Notes under the pieces: generated by a model | Told to the model about the DNA's origin: nothing | The model's input: only the letters and a program-made list of their open reading frames with translations | The model's database searches: none | In this document: in pieces, positions 52,304 through 53,361 of the stretch | Numbering within the stretch: the first letter of the stretch is position 1 | Layout of the letters: the number at the start of each line of letters is the position of its first letter | Position numbers and translations under genes: made by a program | IMG/VR virus record: IMGVR_UViG_3300027887_000002 | DNA length: 53,361 nucleotides | Strand: one strand, 5' to 3' | DNA from: a virus

Positions 52304-52458
52304 AGTAGAATGTTTTAGTTAAGAGAAAAAGAAGCCCCCCAGAAGAAATACTCTTCATTATTTATTTGCTCGAACCAAGCGTCTTGTGAACGCAAGTCTG
52401 GCGCAGAGCGCAGTAAGATCATAATACACACTAAGCGATAGTTGTACCCCGAGTCATC

Positions 52459-52493
52459 TGACACCCCTTGGGCACGACCGTCCGGTATAATAC
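52459..52493 (+). promoter_or_regulatory. late promoter-like tripartite motif, copy C (TGACAC-N7-GCACGAC-N7-TATAATAC)
   Basis: TGACAC 52459-52464, GCACGAC 52472-52478, TATAAT 52486-52491. It lies 31 nt upstream of ATG 52525 in the divergent intergenic region. Confidence 0.55.
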
Positions 52494-52524
52494 GCTCTGC
52501 AGTTCGACCAGATCGAAGAAAACA

Positions 52525-52749
52525 ATGAAAATTCTCGAGTTTTTGCAGGAATCCAACGGCCAGCTCTCTTCGTCAAGACTTTTTGCGTTGATCGTGACCT
52601 TGTGTTTCTGCGCCGACTGGGTTGTTCACATCATCAATCAGCAGATGTACGATCCGACTCTGACCATCGTTGGAATCGTTATTGGTATTAACGGCCTGAA
52701 AGTGGCCCAGAAACCCTTCGAGGAAAAACCCTTAGAGGCGGCGAAGTGA
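52525..52749 (+). CDS. holin-like two-TM protein
   Basis: Internal ATG 52525. Translation: MKILEFLQESNGQLSSSRLFALIVTLCFCADWVVHII...LTIVGIVIGINGL, with a charged C-terminus. First gene of the lysis cassette. Confidence 0.5.
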   Translation: MKILEFLQESNGQLSSSRLFALIVTLCFCADWVVHIINQQMYDPTLTIVGIVIGINGLKVAQKPFEEKPLEAAK

Positions 52750-53273
52750 AAGAGTTGTTATACGCACTACTTTTCGTTTTCGCTGGTTTTGCCCTGTGTT
52801 ATTTCCTTTTTCCGCAGGACAGGGAAGTAATCGTCGAAAAACCTGTTATTGTCGACCTTACTCAGCATCAGATCGACTCACTCGAACTTGCTTTTCGTAT
52901 AAAGGTCAAGGGAGAGATGAAAACGAAAATTTTTCGCTATGAGGATTCAGCGACAGTATCCAGGCTTAAAAAGACGTTGGACTCCCTCAAAGAAGAGCTC
53001 TTCTGGAGTTTGAAACCCGGAGAGTTGCCGAGCGAGATGCAACTAGAGTATCATACGGATTCCCTTGGTTTTTATCGTGACACCTTGGATGTGATAGCTA
53101 GCTTCGTAACCGACACTATTTCGGTGCATTTTCAACCCAGAAATAGACAGTGGGAGCAAACACACGTTGATACGGTAGCCATTGTTGCCAGTAGAGGCGC
53201 ATTCGAATTCGATTTCAAGGATGTTGCTGAAATCGTTTTGACTGCCGTATTAGTAGGAGTGATCGTAAAATGA
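52746..53273 (+). CDS. membrane protein with N- and C-terminal hydrophobic segments (candidate unimolecular spanin)
   Basis: N-terminal LLYALLFVFAGFALCYFLF (contains a Cys) and C-terminal IVLTAVLVGVIV. ATGA/GTGA coupling on both sides. Contains palindrome 52924-52936. Confidence 0.45.
   Translation: MKELLYALLFVFAGFALCYFLFPQDREVIVEKPVIVDLTQHQIDSLELAFRIKVKGEMKTKIFRYEDSATVSRLKKTLDSLKEELFWSLKPGELPSEMQLEYHTDSLGFYRDTLDVIASFVTDTISVHFQPRNRQWEQTHVDTVAIVASRGAFEFDFKDVAEIVLTAVLVGVIVK
52924..52936. repeat. CGAAAA-T-TTTTCG palindrome copy
   Basis: cgaaaatttttcg inside gene 52746-53273, read as TKIFRY. Confidence 0.85.
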
Positions 53274-53361
53274 AAATCCTGGGCATGACAATTGAGACAA
53301 AAGTGACATTGGGACAGGTTGTGTCGGTAGTAATCTTTGTACTGGGTATTACATACCTGGC
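53263..53361. repeat. terminal overlap copy 2 (identical to 1-99)
   Basis: Direct comparison with the window start. Confidence 0.95.

Overview
The window is a complete, closed dsDNA phage genome. Bases 1-99 are identical to 53263-53361, which gives a unit of about 53,262 bp. The layout is siphovirus-like with two opposed arms.

The rightward late arm runs 52.5 kb -> junction -> 33.8 kb. It contains:
- a lysis cassette with a holin-like protein, two membrane proteins and an M15 endolysin;
- small and large terminase (GpA type), portal, a cold-shock-domain protein, scaffold and major capsid protein;
- a six-gene glycosyltransferase/methyltransferase cassette co-oriented with the capsid genes;
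- head-tail genes, tail tube, a tail chaperone with a canonical -1 frameshift site, and a 1103-aa tape measure;
- a long distal-tail/fibre region in which six proteins start with signal-peptide-like leaders.

The leftward arm (52.3 kb -> 33.8 kb) contains:
- small early genes, a DEDD exonuclease, an HNH-like protein, zinc-ribbon proteins and an initiator-type tRNA-Met;
- an opposite-strand AT-rich promoter-gene-terminator island;
- three small ORFs, each followed by a structured GC-rich element, one of them tRNA-like;
- an eight-gene ATP-grasp / two amidoligase / class-II glutamine amidotransferase module;
- ERF recombinase, DnaB helicase and a RuvC-like resolvase.

I recognised no integrase, repressor, DNA polymerase, reverse transcriptase or CRISPR array.

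The most notable sequence-level signals are:
- an extremely over-represented palindrome, CGAAAA-N1-2-TTTTCG, with 11 copies having perfect arms;
- a tripartite promoter-like motif, TGACAY-N7-GCACGAC-N7-TATAWTAC, at the head of each of three late transcription blocks;
- the amidoligase module and the capsid-linked glycosylation cassette.

All functional calls rest on motifs read by eye and on gene order. No database search was possible.
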